A DNA stretch of 64,000 bases from Pseudomonadota bacterium (lineage in GTDB: Bacteria; Desulfobacterota; Desulfobulbia; Desulfobulbales; SURF-16). The DNA is taken from positions 19,559 through 83,558 of the forward strand of contig JAHILF010000092.1 in assembly GCA_018897105.1 (NCBI GenBank), read 5' to 3'. Each line of letters begins with the position of its first letter. Positions within the stretch are counted from its first letter, which is position 1. The notes under the pieces were generated by a model that saw only the letters and a list, made by a program, of their open reading frames with translations, had not been told where the DNA came from and ran no database searches. Below are positions 54,209-62,638 of the stretch, piece after piece. The translations under genes and the position numbers were made by a program.

Positions 54209-56698
54209 TTATCTGTCGTTTCGGTTTGTTGCCGCTAAACTCAAATCATTTCTGAATTGCTTGAGAGAATTGCTGATTTCGGCAAACACAGCGGCCCAGT
54301 CCCCTGGTCTTGATTGGCGGAATATGGTCATTGAGGGATACCAGGGGCTCTCGCGTCCATCAAGCAGCCACCTCCAGTCCGGGATATAGGGTAATAAAAG
54401 CCAGACAGGTTTATTCATTGCCCCGGCAAGATGTGCAACGGATGTGTCCACTGTTATGATGAGATCCAGGTGGTGCATCAGGGCCGCGGTATCTGAAAAA
54501 GATGAAAGATGTTCTTTCAGGTCATTGATTTCCGGAAATGAGGTAAGCTCGGGCGCATCTTTCTGCAGGCTGAAAAGCTGCACATCGGGTACACGAATCA
54601 GCGATTCGAAGTGCTCCAGACGACATGACCGGTTATGGTCATTCTTGTGCTTTGGATTGCCGCGCCAGACAATGCCGATTTTTATTTTCCCGACTGAAGC
54701 GGCAAACTCATTGAGATACTGGTGCGCCAGCTTGCTGTCGGCGGCAATATAGGGGACTTTATCGGGAATGCTGTCGCGGGTTGTCCGGAATATTGTCGGC
54801 AGATCAAGCAGGGGAATATGGTAATCGACCTCTGCCATCATCGCGGCCGGCAGGTCCTTGCCGATGACGGCATCTATTTCCGGAAGCGTCCTGAAGAGAT
54901 CCAGGAGTGCTCTTTCACAGCAAACAAAAATTCTGTTGACTCGTTCTTTGAGTAGAGGGATGTATCTGATAAATTGAATCGAATCGCCATAGCCCTGCTC
55001 CGTGTGGACTAATACTGTTTTGTCCGGACAGAAATCTCCCTGCCATCGGGGCTTGTTGATAGGCAGAATAATGACTTTTTTTCTTTTCCATCGCCAGAGA
55101 TAGAGGTCAAAACCTTCCGGGTAGTCACCTGTCAGCAGCAGTTGATGGCTGAGGTTCCAGTTGGCCTCGACGTGATCGGGATTTATGGCAATGGCATGGC
55201 GAAGATGTTCAATGGCTTTGCCGGTGTCTTTCAGTTTGGAATAACAGGTGCCGAGATTGTACCAGGCATCGGCAAAGTCCGGATCATGGGAAGTGGCCAG
55301 TTCATAGGCAGCGATTGCCTCATTGAAGGATTCCTGCTTCAGATAAATATTGCCCAGATTGCAATACGCCTTGCTGAAAGCCGGTTGCAGAGTGAGTATC
55401 TGTTGAAAGGTGGCAATGGCTGCGTCAATGTCATCATTTTCTTCCAGGCTGAGTCCGAGGTTGTTAAGCGTATCCACATTGTCAGGGGAGAGAGTCAGTG
55501 ATTGGTGGAAGGCCTCTATCGCTTTGGGGTAATTTTTCACCTTATGATAGGCGATTCCCAGATTGTAATAGGTTTGCGCTGAGCCTGGCTTTAAGGTGAG
55601 CACCTGCTCGTAGGCCTGTATGCTTTCGGCAAAGCGGTCTTGAAACTGGATAGTCAAAGCCAGATTCTCCAGGACACTGCTGTCTTCGGGGTGCAACTGC
55701 AAAGCTTGCCTGAAAATTATTTCCGCCTCGGCATAACGCTGCAATGTTTTATAGGTGACCCCCAGGTTGTTCAGGGCCTCCGGATAGTCTGGTTTCAGGA
55801 CGAGAGCGGTTTCAAATTCCCCGACGGCGGACTCAAGTTGTCCCAAGCTGTGCAGGGCATTGCCAAGATTGTACCTGGCCTCCGGGAGATTGGGGGCTCT
55901 TTCCAAGGCCTTTCTGAAATAAGAAATGGCTTCATTTTTCCGGTCATCTTCCGATAATAATAAACCAAGGTTGTTGAGAGCGCAGACGTTATCGGGCTGC
56001 AGGGTAAGTGCCGTCTGAAAGCAGGTTTCCGCGTGAGCTGAGTTGCCGCCTGCCTGGAGCAGCAGACCTGCCTTGACGATAGGGATCACCGCCAGCGGGT
56101 CTGCTGTATTGGCTTTGAGGAAAATATCCAATGCTTCTTGGGACCTGCCTTGGGATTGAAGGATTGTCCCAAGCTGATCCAGCACATAGGAATCTTCAGG
56201 CTGCAGCGAGAGGGCTTTCCGGTACATTTCTTCCGCTTCGCCAAGCATGTTGCGTGACACATAAATCCGTCCCAGGTTGCGAAGGGCTTCCTGGTAATCG
56301 GGGCGCAATGCGATCGTCTTGAGGAAATATTCCAGGCCCTCCTCCACTCGTCCTTGCAATACCTCAATATTGCCGAGGTTGAAATAGGTTTCCGCCGAAT
56401 CCGGAGAGAGTTGCATGGCAGAGAGGAAAGTTGCCGCTGCTTCATCGAGCCTCTTGAGTTGCAGGAGAATAAAACCCAGATTGTGCAGGGCCTTGAAATT
56501 GTCAGGCTGCAGCGAGGCGGCTTTTTTGAAAAAGGGGTATGCTTCGCTGTTTCTTCCCTGATGGTGCAGGGTCAGACCGAGAATCCCAAGGATCTCCGGG
56601 GCTTCAGGGTTCTGTTCCAGAATCCGGCGGCAGGTTTGTTCCGCTTCCTGCAGTTTACCCTGGTGGAGGAGATCAATGGCTGTCTGAGTATGCGGCAT
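54209..56698 (-). CDS. TPR-repeat (about 15 repeats by eye) protein with a C-terminal GT9-like glycosyltransferase domain; the architecture resembles the flagellin glycosyltransferase FlmG
   Basis: Repeated A..NLG..Y...G....A...Y..AL.L.P units span about 520 aa. They are followed by HTEQGYGDSIQFIRYIPLL and ITVDTSVAHLAGAMNKPVWLLLP (GT9-type). Confidence 0.7.
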   Translation of the reverse strand: MPHTQTAIDLLHQGKLQEAEQTCRRILEQNPEAPEILGILGLTLHHQGRNSEAYPFFKKAASLQPDNFKALHNLGFILLQLKRLDEAAATFLSAMQLSPDSAETYFNLGNIEVLQGRVEEGLEYFLKTIALRPDYQEALRNLGRIYVSRNMLGEAEEMYRKALSLQPEDSYVLDQLGTILQSQGRSQEALDIFLKANTADPLAVIPIVKAGLLLQAGGNSAHAETCFQTALTLQPDNVCALNNLGLLLSEDDRKNEAISYFRKALERAPNLPEARYNLGNALHSLGQLESAVGEFETALVLKPDYPEALNNLGVTYKTLQRYAEAEIIFRQALQLHPEDSSVLENLALTIQFQDRFAESIQAYEQVLTLKPGSAQTYYNLGIAYHKVKNYPKAIEAFHQSLTLSPDNVDTLNNLGLSLEENDDIDAAIATFQQILTLQPAFSKAYCNLGNIYLKQESFNEAIAAYELATSHDPDFADAWYNLGTCYSKLKDTGKAIEHLRHAIAINPDHVEANWNLSHQLLLTGDYPEGFDLYLWRWKRKKVIILPINKPRWQGDFCPDKTVLVHTEQGYGDSIQFIRYIPLLKERVNRIFVCCERALLDLFRTLPEIDAVIGKDLPAAMMAEVDYHIPLLDLPTIFRTTRDSIPDKVPYIAADSKLAHQYLNEFAASVGKIKIGIVWRGNPKHKNDHNRSCRLEHFESLIRVPDVQLFSLQKDAPELTSFPEINDLKEHLSSFSDTAALMHHLDLIITVDTSVAHLAGAMNKPVWLLLPYIPDWRWLLDGRESPWYPSMTIFRQSRPGDWAAVFAEISNSLKQFRNDLSLAATNRNDR

Positions 56699-56832
56699 TG
56701 TAGTGATGTGCGGCTGTTAATGGATGATATTGTAGCAAAATGCAGGAAAAGTATGTCATTTCTATCAGTAATGATAAGATCAGAAAAAAACATGGTTTGC
56801 AAGTAACTTTGAAGATTTTTATGGGTGATTGA

Positions 56833-59712
56833 ATGAAAAACTACTGGCAGGCAAATATGGATTTGCTCAAACAATATGAACCGGAACTCCATGAGCGGTT
56901 AACAGATATCCACTTTGAATCTGTCGGCGACTTTTTTCAGACACCGACCGGCGACGTCTCTCTTCGCTATCACGGAGCCAATAACCAGCTTTTCGCCTAT
57001 GGCAATGATCCTTGGCAGGATTGTGCCTGCCATCTGCAAACAGTGGAGAAGGGCGCCACCGGACTGGTTGTCTTTGTGGGCATGGGGTTGGGGTATGGGC
57101 CTTTAACTCTGCTCCGGGAACGTCAGGAAGTAGGGCGGATCATCATTCTTGAACCGTCCACGGACCTGTTTTTTGCTGCCATGTCCGTCCTTGATTTGAG
57201 GCCGCTCATCATTTCAAAACAGGTTTTGTTTCAGGTGGGCGCTGTTGACTTTGAGAAATTTGAACTGGATGCATATCGTCTGGCGTCCATTGACGATTCC
57301 CATGTTCTGCGTCATGCCCCATCTTTTCAATGGCGGCCTGATCTGTATGCAACATTAAATGAGCAGGCATATATGATTTTGAACAAGATCAATGCCAGCG
57401 GCGGGACCACGAGGCGGTGGGGGCCGACTTTCTTTAAGAATCGCCTGACATATCTGAAACGCCTGCGTTTTCTCAATGAAATCGACTTGCTGCACGGGGC
57501 ATTCAAGGGGATGCCGGCCATGCTGGTCGCCGCAGGTCCATCCTTGACCCAGAGTCTGGAGGAATTGAAGAAAGTTAAGAATCATTGTGTTATCATTGCT
57601 GCTGATTCCGCCTTGGCCCCCCTTCTGGAGGCAGGAGTCATTCCTGATTTTGTCACCTCCATTGATTTTCTGGATTTGAATATCGAGAAACTGGCACCCT
57701 ATCTCTCCGGGGAATGGGATTTTTCCTTGGTGTCCATGGTGAAAATGGCGCCGATCGTCAATCAGACGTTTCCCGCCCGCCATATTTTTGCCGCCTTTCC
57801 CGAGGATCGTTCCCATGATTGGGTCATCCAGGCTCTTGGCGTGAAAAGATATGTGGCCACGGCATCATCGGTTGCTCACCTTTCTCTTGGGCTTGCTCTT
57901 ATTCTTGAGGCGGAACCTGTCTTTTTGGTCGGCCAGGATTTAAGTTTTACCTCGGAAGTGGAGGACCATGCCAAGGGTACCATCATTATGAAGACGGGGA
58001 CCGAGCCGGAGCATGAGATTTTTTATGTGAAAAGCATCAATGGCGGCAAGGTAAAAACCGACCGTCAGTTGATGTCTCTTCAGAGTATTTTTGAGGATAT
58101 TTTTGCGAAAGCTCCCGGGCAATTTATTAACGTTTCTGCTGCCGGTGCGCATATCCAGGGAACCAGAGTAATGCCGCTTGCAGCGGCACGGCAGGAGTTT
58201 ATGGGGGATGAACTGCCGGTTGCCGTTTCGGATGTTGTTGACCGCTGTGTCGCTAAGAGTATTCCCTTCCCGGTTGAAAATTTCTGCCGCACCTGTGAAA
58301 AGAATATAACGCTTGCCAAGAAGTTGACCGGTAAGCTGAACTCTTCTCTGACCATGTCTCAGGAACTTGTAGCACGCTTGAAGGTTATCGGTAAAGAAGG
58401 CCATGCCATCAATGCAATGGGCGATTTGCCTGATTCATTGGTGAGAAAGCTGCATAAGATCGATACCGTCAATTGTGAAGTTGACAAAGAACAGGAGTTC
58501 TGGCAGCAGGTGCTGGAGTTGACCTATAACTCCTTGAGTGAAAATGACGTGAGGAACGCTCGGAATACAAAATTAAAGGAACAAGGCCCTTATTTGCGCT
58601 GGTTGTCGGCGGAGCTGGACCGTATTGATCTGGTAAACCGTGAGCGGCTGCAGGCGCTGATGACGTATCAGGCAGAGGTGGGAGCTCTGGTCGGTTTTTT
58701 GAAACAGGAGAAAGTTTTGCTTGCCCGGTATGAAAAGAAGAAATCGTTGCAGGCTACTCTGGATTTGGCACGATTCTATACGGATAATCATGCCTATCAG
58801 CAGGCAAAGGCAATTGTTCGCTCCAGTCCAGCTGAATTTCATGGGCAAAGTGCCGAGCTCAATGTGCTGACTGGTAACACCTGGGCGGCATTACTGGATT
58901 ATGAACAGGCGGGACAGTTCTGGCAACAGGCTGTCACCATTGCCGAAGCAAGTCAACAGGCAATTTCTCAATTCTGCCGTGAGCAGATTACTCTCTGGCT
59001 CGGGTTTGTAGAGAGATATGGAAATGCCGGAGAGAAAGGGGACAATTTCCCTCATCTGTTACCGGTCTGGCTCGGAAGAATTTTTCAACTGGTTGAGCAG
59101 GATGGAAATCTTCCTGCTGAGGTCAGGGTAATGTGGGAAAACCATTTTGGCCGTATTCGCACATGGCTTGATGAAGGAGATGTGGACGCGGCCAGGATTA
59201 CCTTTACCGGCTGGCGGCTATTTCGGAACTGGATTGCTGAAATAGACTTCTGCCGGGCATTATTGCTGTCAGGGGAAGGAGAAAGTGAAGCGGCACGGCA
59301 ATGCATGGAAGAACTGAATGCCCGCAAGCCGGGAAATGGTGAGTGGCTTGCCTTTCAGGCCCGTTTAACATTGGAGCAGGGAAACTTTGATCAGGGGATC
59401 AGTCTCCTGCAAAAGGCTGTTGCTCTCGACCCCCTGCAGGCGAAGCTGTGGGGGGAATTAGGTGATGTCCTGGTCGCGGACGGCGATCTGGAGAGCGCGG
59501 TATTGGCCTATGAACGATGCTTTCTTGCCTTGCCGCATTATCTGGTCGCTTTGAATAAAATAGGCGATTGTTACCTGCTGGCAAAGCAACCTCAGCCGGC
59601 CATGGCCGCCTATGATGCGGTATTAGAGAAAGATCCGGCTGATACCTGGGCAAGAGATGGGAAACGCAAGGCTGACAAGATGGGGCAAAAAAATTCCGGC
59701 AGAAAAGATTAA
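56833..59712 (+). CDS. maf: motility accessory factor (Maf; DUF115/MptE-like domain) with a long C-terminal helical/TPR region
   Basis: MPAMLVAAGPSLTQSLEELKKVKNHCVIIAADSALAPLLEAGVIPDFVTSID is the Maf/DUF115 core. C-terminal TPR-like repeats (KLWGELGDVLVADGDLESAVLAYERCFLALP..). It lies directly upstream of the flagellin gene. Confidence 0.8.
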   Translation: MKNYWQANMDLLKQYEPELHERLTDIHFESVGDFFQTPTGDVSLRYHGANNQLFAYGNDPWQDCACHLQTVEKGATGLVVFVGMGLGYGPLTLLRERQEVGRIIILEPSTDLFFAAMSVLDLRPLIISKQVLFQVGAVDFEKFELDAYRLASIDDSHVLRHAPSFQWRPDLYATLNEQAYMILNKINASGGTTRRWGPTFFKNRLTYLKRLRFLNEIDLLHGAFKGMPAMLVAAGPSLTQSLEELKKVKNHCVIIAADSALAPLLEAGVIPDFVTSIDFLDLNIEKLAPYLSGEWDFSLVSMVKMAPIVNQTFPARHIFAAFPEDRSHDWVIQALGVKRYVATASSVAHLSLGLALILEAEPVFLVGQDLSFTSEVEDHAKGTIIMKTGTEPEHEIFYVKSINGGKVKTDRQLMSLQSIFEDIFAKAPGQFINVSAAGAHIQGTRVMPLAAARQEFMGDELPVAVSDVVDRCVAKSIPFPVENFCRTCEKNITLAKKLTGKLNSSLTMSQELVARLKVIGKEGHAINAMGDLPDSLVRKLHKIDTVNCEVDKEQEFWQQVLELTYNSLSENDVRNARNTKLKEQGPYLRWLSAELDRIDLVNRERLQALMTYQAEVGALVGFLKQEKVLLARYEKKKSLQATLDLARFYTDNHAYQQAKAIVRSSPAEFHGQSAELNVLTGNTWAALLDYEQAGQFWQQAVTIAEASQQAISQFCREQITLWLGFVERYGNAGEKGDNFPHLLPVWLGRIFQLVEQDGNLPAEVRVMWENHFGRIRTWLDEGDVDAARITFTGWRLFRNWIAEIDFCRALLLSGEGESEAARQCMEELNARKPGNGEWLAFQARLTLEQGNFDQGISLLQKAVALDPLQAKLWGELGDVLVADGDLESAVLAYERCFLALPHYLVALNKIGDCYLLAKQPQPAMAAYDAVLEKDPADTWARDGKRKADKMGQKNSGRKD

Positions 59713-59736
59713 AGTTGCCGGCAGCATTATCCGATA
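59709..59736 (+). promoter_or_regulatory. candidate sigma28 (FliA) promoter of the flagellin gene
   Basis: TAAAGTTG-N12-TCCGATAC versus the consensus TAAAGTTT-N11-GCCGATAA. The spacer is one nt longer than consensus. The motif overlaps the maf stop codon. Confidence 0.45.
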
Positions 59737-59849
59737 CTTGACAATAGAACCGTTACGAAGTGTTGTCCCGTGTGAAAAAACAAGTAAAGGAGGTGTCTCG
59801 CACAGGAAAGAAACGATGGAAAACTCGGAGTTTCTAGTTTGCAGTTTGT

Positions 59850-59886
59850 CGGGAAAGGATTCCCGTAGTGAATTAAATCAAGGAGG
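59850..59886 (+). promoter_or_regulatory. flagellin 5' leader: a GGA-loop hairpin plus a GGA-containing Shine-Dalgarno sequence (CsrA-type dual site, inferred)
   Basis: CGGGAA-AGGA-TTCCCG (59850-59865) is a 6-bp stem presenting AGGA in its loop. AGGAGG (59881-59886) lies 8 nt before the ATG at 59895. Confidence 0.4.
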
Positions 59887-59894
59887 AATAAGTT

Positions 59895-62309
59895 ATGGCA
59901 TTACGAATTAATACAAATGTGGCTGCTCTGTCAGCTCACAAAAACATGATCAAGAACGATAATTCTCTCTCGGCCTCATTGGAGAAATTATCCTCCGGTC
60001 TGCGGATCAACAAGGCGGCTGACGATGCCTCCGGTATGGCAATTGCCGACTCGTTGAGGTCCCAGGGCCTTGGTCTCGGTCAGGCTGTCAGGAATGCCAA
60101 TGATGGTATTTCCATGGTACAGACAGCTGACGGTGCTTTGGAAGAGTCCATCAATATCGTTAATACTATTAAGACCAAATCCATCCAGGCAGCCCAGGAT
60201 GGGCAAACCATCGATTCCCGTAAGGCGATTCAGGCTGACATCAATAAACTGATGCAGGAGCTCGATGTCATTGCCAAAACGACTTCGTTTAATGGGCAAA
60301 AGCTGCTTTCCGGGGCTTTTACCGATAAGAAGTTCCAGGTTGGCGCCTACTCCGGTGAGACGGTCGGTGTTTCGATCGGTTCTTCAGAGTCAACCAAAAC
60401 CGGCCATCTGAGCACTGCAATACTGAAATCTGATGCGGTAAATGGCGGTGAAGTCCGCATGACCATTCAGAGCAGCCTGCAGGCGACCTCGGTTGCACTG
60501 CAATCCGTAACTCTGGCATATGATAATGAGGCCCAGCATGGTATAGGGGCTCTGGCTGATGCTATTAACAAGGTTGCCGCTGTTACCGGTGTAACCGCGC
60601 AGCTGGATGTTTCCGTGTCCAGCACCGGAGCTGTTGGGGCCGGCACCACCGGTTCTGACTTTGCTGTTAATGGAATAGCCATCGGTGCGGTGGAAATTTT
60701 TGCCAATGATTCCAATGGCGCTTTGGTGAATTCTATTAATCAGAAGTCGGATCAGCATGGTGTGACCGCCAGCGTTGATGCGGGCGGTGTGTTAACCCTG
60801 ACCGCAACTGACGGCCGGGCTATCCAGGTTACCGGTAGCACGAGTACGGTTCTTGCCGGCAGTAACTTAAGCACCTTTGGCCAGATCAAACTCTTCCAGA
60901 TCGGCGCCAATGAGATTAAGATAAATGATGAAGCCCAGGTAATGTCTCTGAATGTCACTGCCAATGTGACAGCGTCGGATAAAGTTACCACCAGTGTTGA
61001 TTCTGTTTTGAGCAAAGATTCAGTTATTGCATCGCTTTCGGTTCTGAAAGCCGGTACCACCCTCGGTTTTGACGCCGGGGCTGCTCAGATGATAGATGCA
61101 GATATTTCAACGACCCAGGATACCATCTTGACTGCCGGCTCGGTACTGGGATCCGGGACGACGATTGAATCAGGCTCGATTCTTGGCGGTTCAGTCTCGA
61201 ATCAGTCCGCAGTAACCACCACGGATGAGTCTGTGTTGAAAACCGGCTCCATTCTTGGCTCTACTTCAGTGCTCGCCGCTGGAACCGTTGTCACCACCCA
61301 GTTTATCGACAGTGCTGCTAATACCTACACGGCCGGCACCACGCTGTCCAGCGATGTCACGATTAGTGACGCGGTGACCTTGACAGCCGATATGAATATT
61401 GCCGCCGGTTCAGTGTTTAACGATGACGAAAACGTCTTTACTGCTGGTTCTTATATCGGTGCTGATGTTGTCGTTTCAGGTAATGCAACCATGACCCTTG
61501 GCATGACCTTGAAGGCCAACTCCATTATTGGGGGTTCTGCATCGACTATCAAGGCCGGTTCAACTCTTGGCGGCGATCTCACCACAAGCGGTGCGGATAT
61601 AACCGTTCTGGCTGATACGCAACTTAAAGCCGGTTCTGTTATAGGCAGTAACAGTGCCTTTGCCAAAGGCTCCACCATTGGCGGCAATGTCACTACCAGC
61701 GCCAATGTCACCACCTCCGGTGAGATGACCCTGGCTGCCGGTTCTCAGCTGCAAGCGGCAAGTACCATCAAGGCCGGTACCGTGCTTACCAATGATGTCT
61801 GGGTAGCTGGCGGCGATCTTCTCAAAGCCGGCACAGTCCTGCAGGGTGATGCCATTACCTCGGGTACGAATTATCTCAACAACTCCATGACCCTGAAGTC
61901 TGGATCTGTGATGGCGAGTGGCTCCGTTTTTGCGGCGGCTCAGACCGCAGCAACCGGAGCGTCTGCTACAACCAGTCTGTCTGACATTGAGAAATTCACC
62001 CTCGCTGATGTTGACGTGACCTCTCAGGAAGGCGCCCAGGTGGCAATCAGTATCGCTGACTCTGCCTTGAAGAATCTTGATAAGATCAGGTCCGATCTCG
62101 GTTCCGTACAGAATCAGCTGACCTCTACCATTGCCAATATCTCGGTAACCCGCGTTAATATCTTTGCCGCGGAATCTTCAATCCGGGATGTTGACTTTGC
62201 CGAAGAGTCTGCAAACTTCTCAAGGATGCAGATTCTGAGTCAGGCCAGCACCTTTGCCATGGCCCAGGCCAATGCAAGCTCCCAGAACGTTCTGAGCCTG
62301 CTGCAGTAA
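59895..62309 (+). CDS. fliC: flagellin (804 aa, enlarged variable region)
   Basis: N-terminus MALRINTNVAALSAHKNM..LSSGLRINKAADDASGMAIA. C-terminus LGSVQNQL..RIRDVDFAEESANFSRMQILSQA..NVLSLLQ. Flagellin_IN-like motifs (ALVNSINQKSDQHGVTASVDAGGVLTLTATDGRAIQV). A central region of about 520 aa is rich in Ser, Thr, Gly and Ala. Confidence 0.95.
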   Translation: MALRINTNVAALSAHKNMIKNDNSLSASLEKLSSGLRINKAADDASGMAIADSLRSQGLGLGQAVRNANDGISMVQTADGALEESINIVNTIKTKSIQAAQDGQTIDSRKAIQADINKLMQELDVIAKTTSFNGQKLLSGAFTDKKFQVGAYSGETVGVSIGSSESTKTGHLSTAILKSDAVNGGEVRMTIQSSLQATSVALQSVTLAYDNEAQHGIGALADAINKVAAVTGVTAQLDVSVSSTGAVGAGTTGSDFAVNGIAIGAVEIFANDSNGALVNSINQKSDQHGVTASVDAGGVLTLTATDGRAIQVTGSTSTVLAGSNLSTFGQIKLFQIGANEIKINDEAQVMSLNVTANVTASDKVTTSVDSVLSKDSVIASLSVLKAGTTLGFDAGAAQMIDADISTTQDTILTAGSVLGSGTTIESGSILGGSVSNQSAVTTTDESVLKTGSILGSTSVLAAGTVVTTQFIDSAANTYTAGTTLSSDVTISDAVTLTADMNIAAGSVFNDDENVFTAGSYIGADVVVSGNATMTLGMTLKANSIIGGSASTIKAGSTLGGDLTTSGADITVLADTQLKAGSVIGSNSAFAKGSTIGGNVTTSANVTTSGEMTLAAGSQLQAASTIKAGTVLTNDVWVAGGDLLKAGTVLQGDAITSGTNYLNNSMTLKSGSVMASGSVFAAAQTAATGASATTSLSDIEKFTLADVDVTSQEGAQVAISIADSALKNLDKIRSDLGSVQNQLTSTIANISVTRVNIFAAESSIRDVDFAEESANFSRMQILSQASTFAMAQANASSQNVLSLLQ

Positions 62310-62386
62310 TAGCGGATAGTGCGCAAGCATTGGTAATTCCAGCCTGATGCTTCAAGCAGGCTGAGAGGTGAAGATAAATCTTAACA

Positions 62387-62423
62387 GGGTAACGGTCCTT
62401 AGCTGACCGTTACCCTTTTTTTT
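62387..62423 (+). terminator. rho-independent terminator of the flagellin gene
   Basis: An 11-bp perfect stem, GGGTAACGGTC / GACCGTTACCC, with a 7-nt loop, followed by T8 (62416-62423). A second 7-bp hairpin lies at 62340-62363. Confidence 0.85.
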
Positions 62424-62509
62424 GCCGCGCTACAGGCCCTGAAGGGAGAAAAACGGCTTGTGGACAGGGAAAGGCGCCATGGCGAAGAGGATGATACCAA
62501 AGAAATATC

Positions 62510-62536
62510 TTAAGTTTTCTGAGTAAAAGACGATAA
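62510..62536 (+). promoter_or_regulatory. candidate sigma28 (FliA) promoter of fliD
   Basis: TTAAGTTT-N11-GACGATAA matches 14 of 16 positions of TAAAGTTT-N11-GCCGATAA. It lies about 100 nt upstream of the fliD ATG. Confidence 0.6.
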
Positions 62537-62638
62537 TATGTTCATGAGTAAACAATTAAACGCGGTTAAACAGGTAATGAGTGCGAAAATTCTTGGGATT
62601 GGCGGGATTCTTCTCTCTGATCATGGTGAGTGACGGAT

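Noticed and set aside
56699-56832. Promoter motifs in the divergent region between the TPR-GT operon (-) and maf (+).
   Set aside because: Only weak sigma70-like hexamers were present (for example TGACAT..TACAAT on the minus strand, with an 18-19 nt spacer). No convincing sigma54 or sigma28 match was found, which is too ambiguous to report as a feature.
59657-59911. 84-aa ORF spanning the maf 3' end, the flagellin leader and the flagellin start.
   Set aside because: It overlaps two strong CDSs in other frames and covers the promoter and leader region. It has no appropriately spaced SD and no recognisable motif.
60990-61950. A tandem DNA repeat or CRISPR-like periodicity inside the flagellin gene.
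   Set aside because: The periodicity is at the protein level (hexads). The nucleotide units (for example aaagccggttc-like) are degenerate and in-frame within a continuous ORF, and there is no spacer-repeat architecture.
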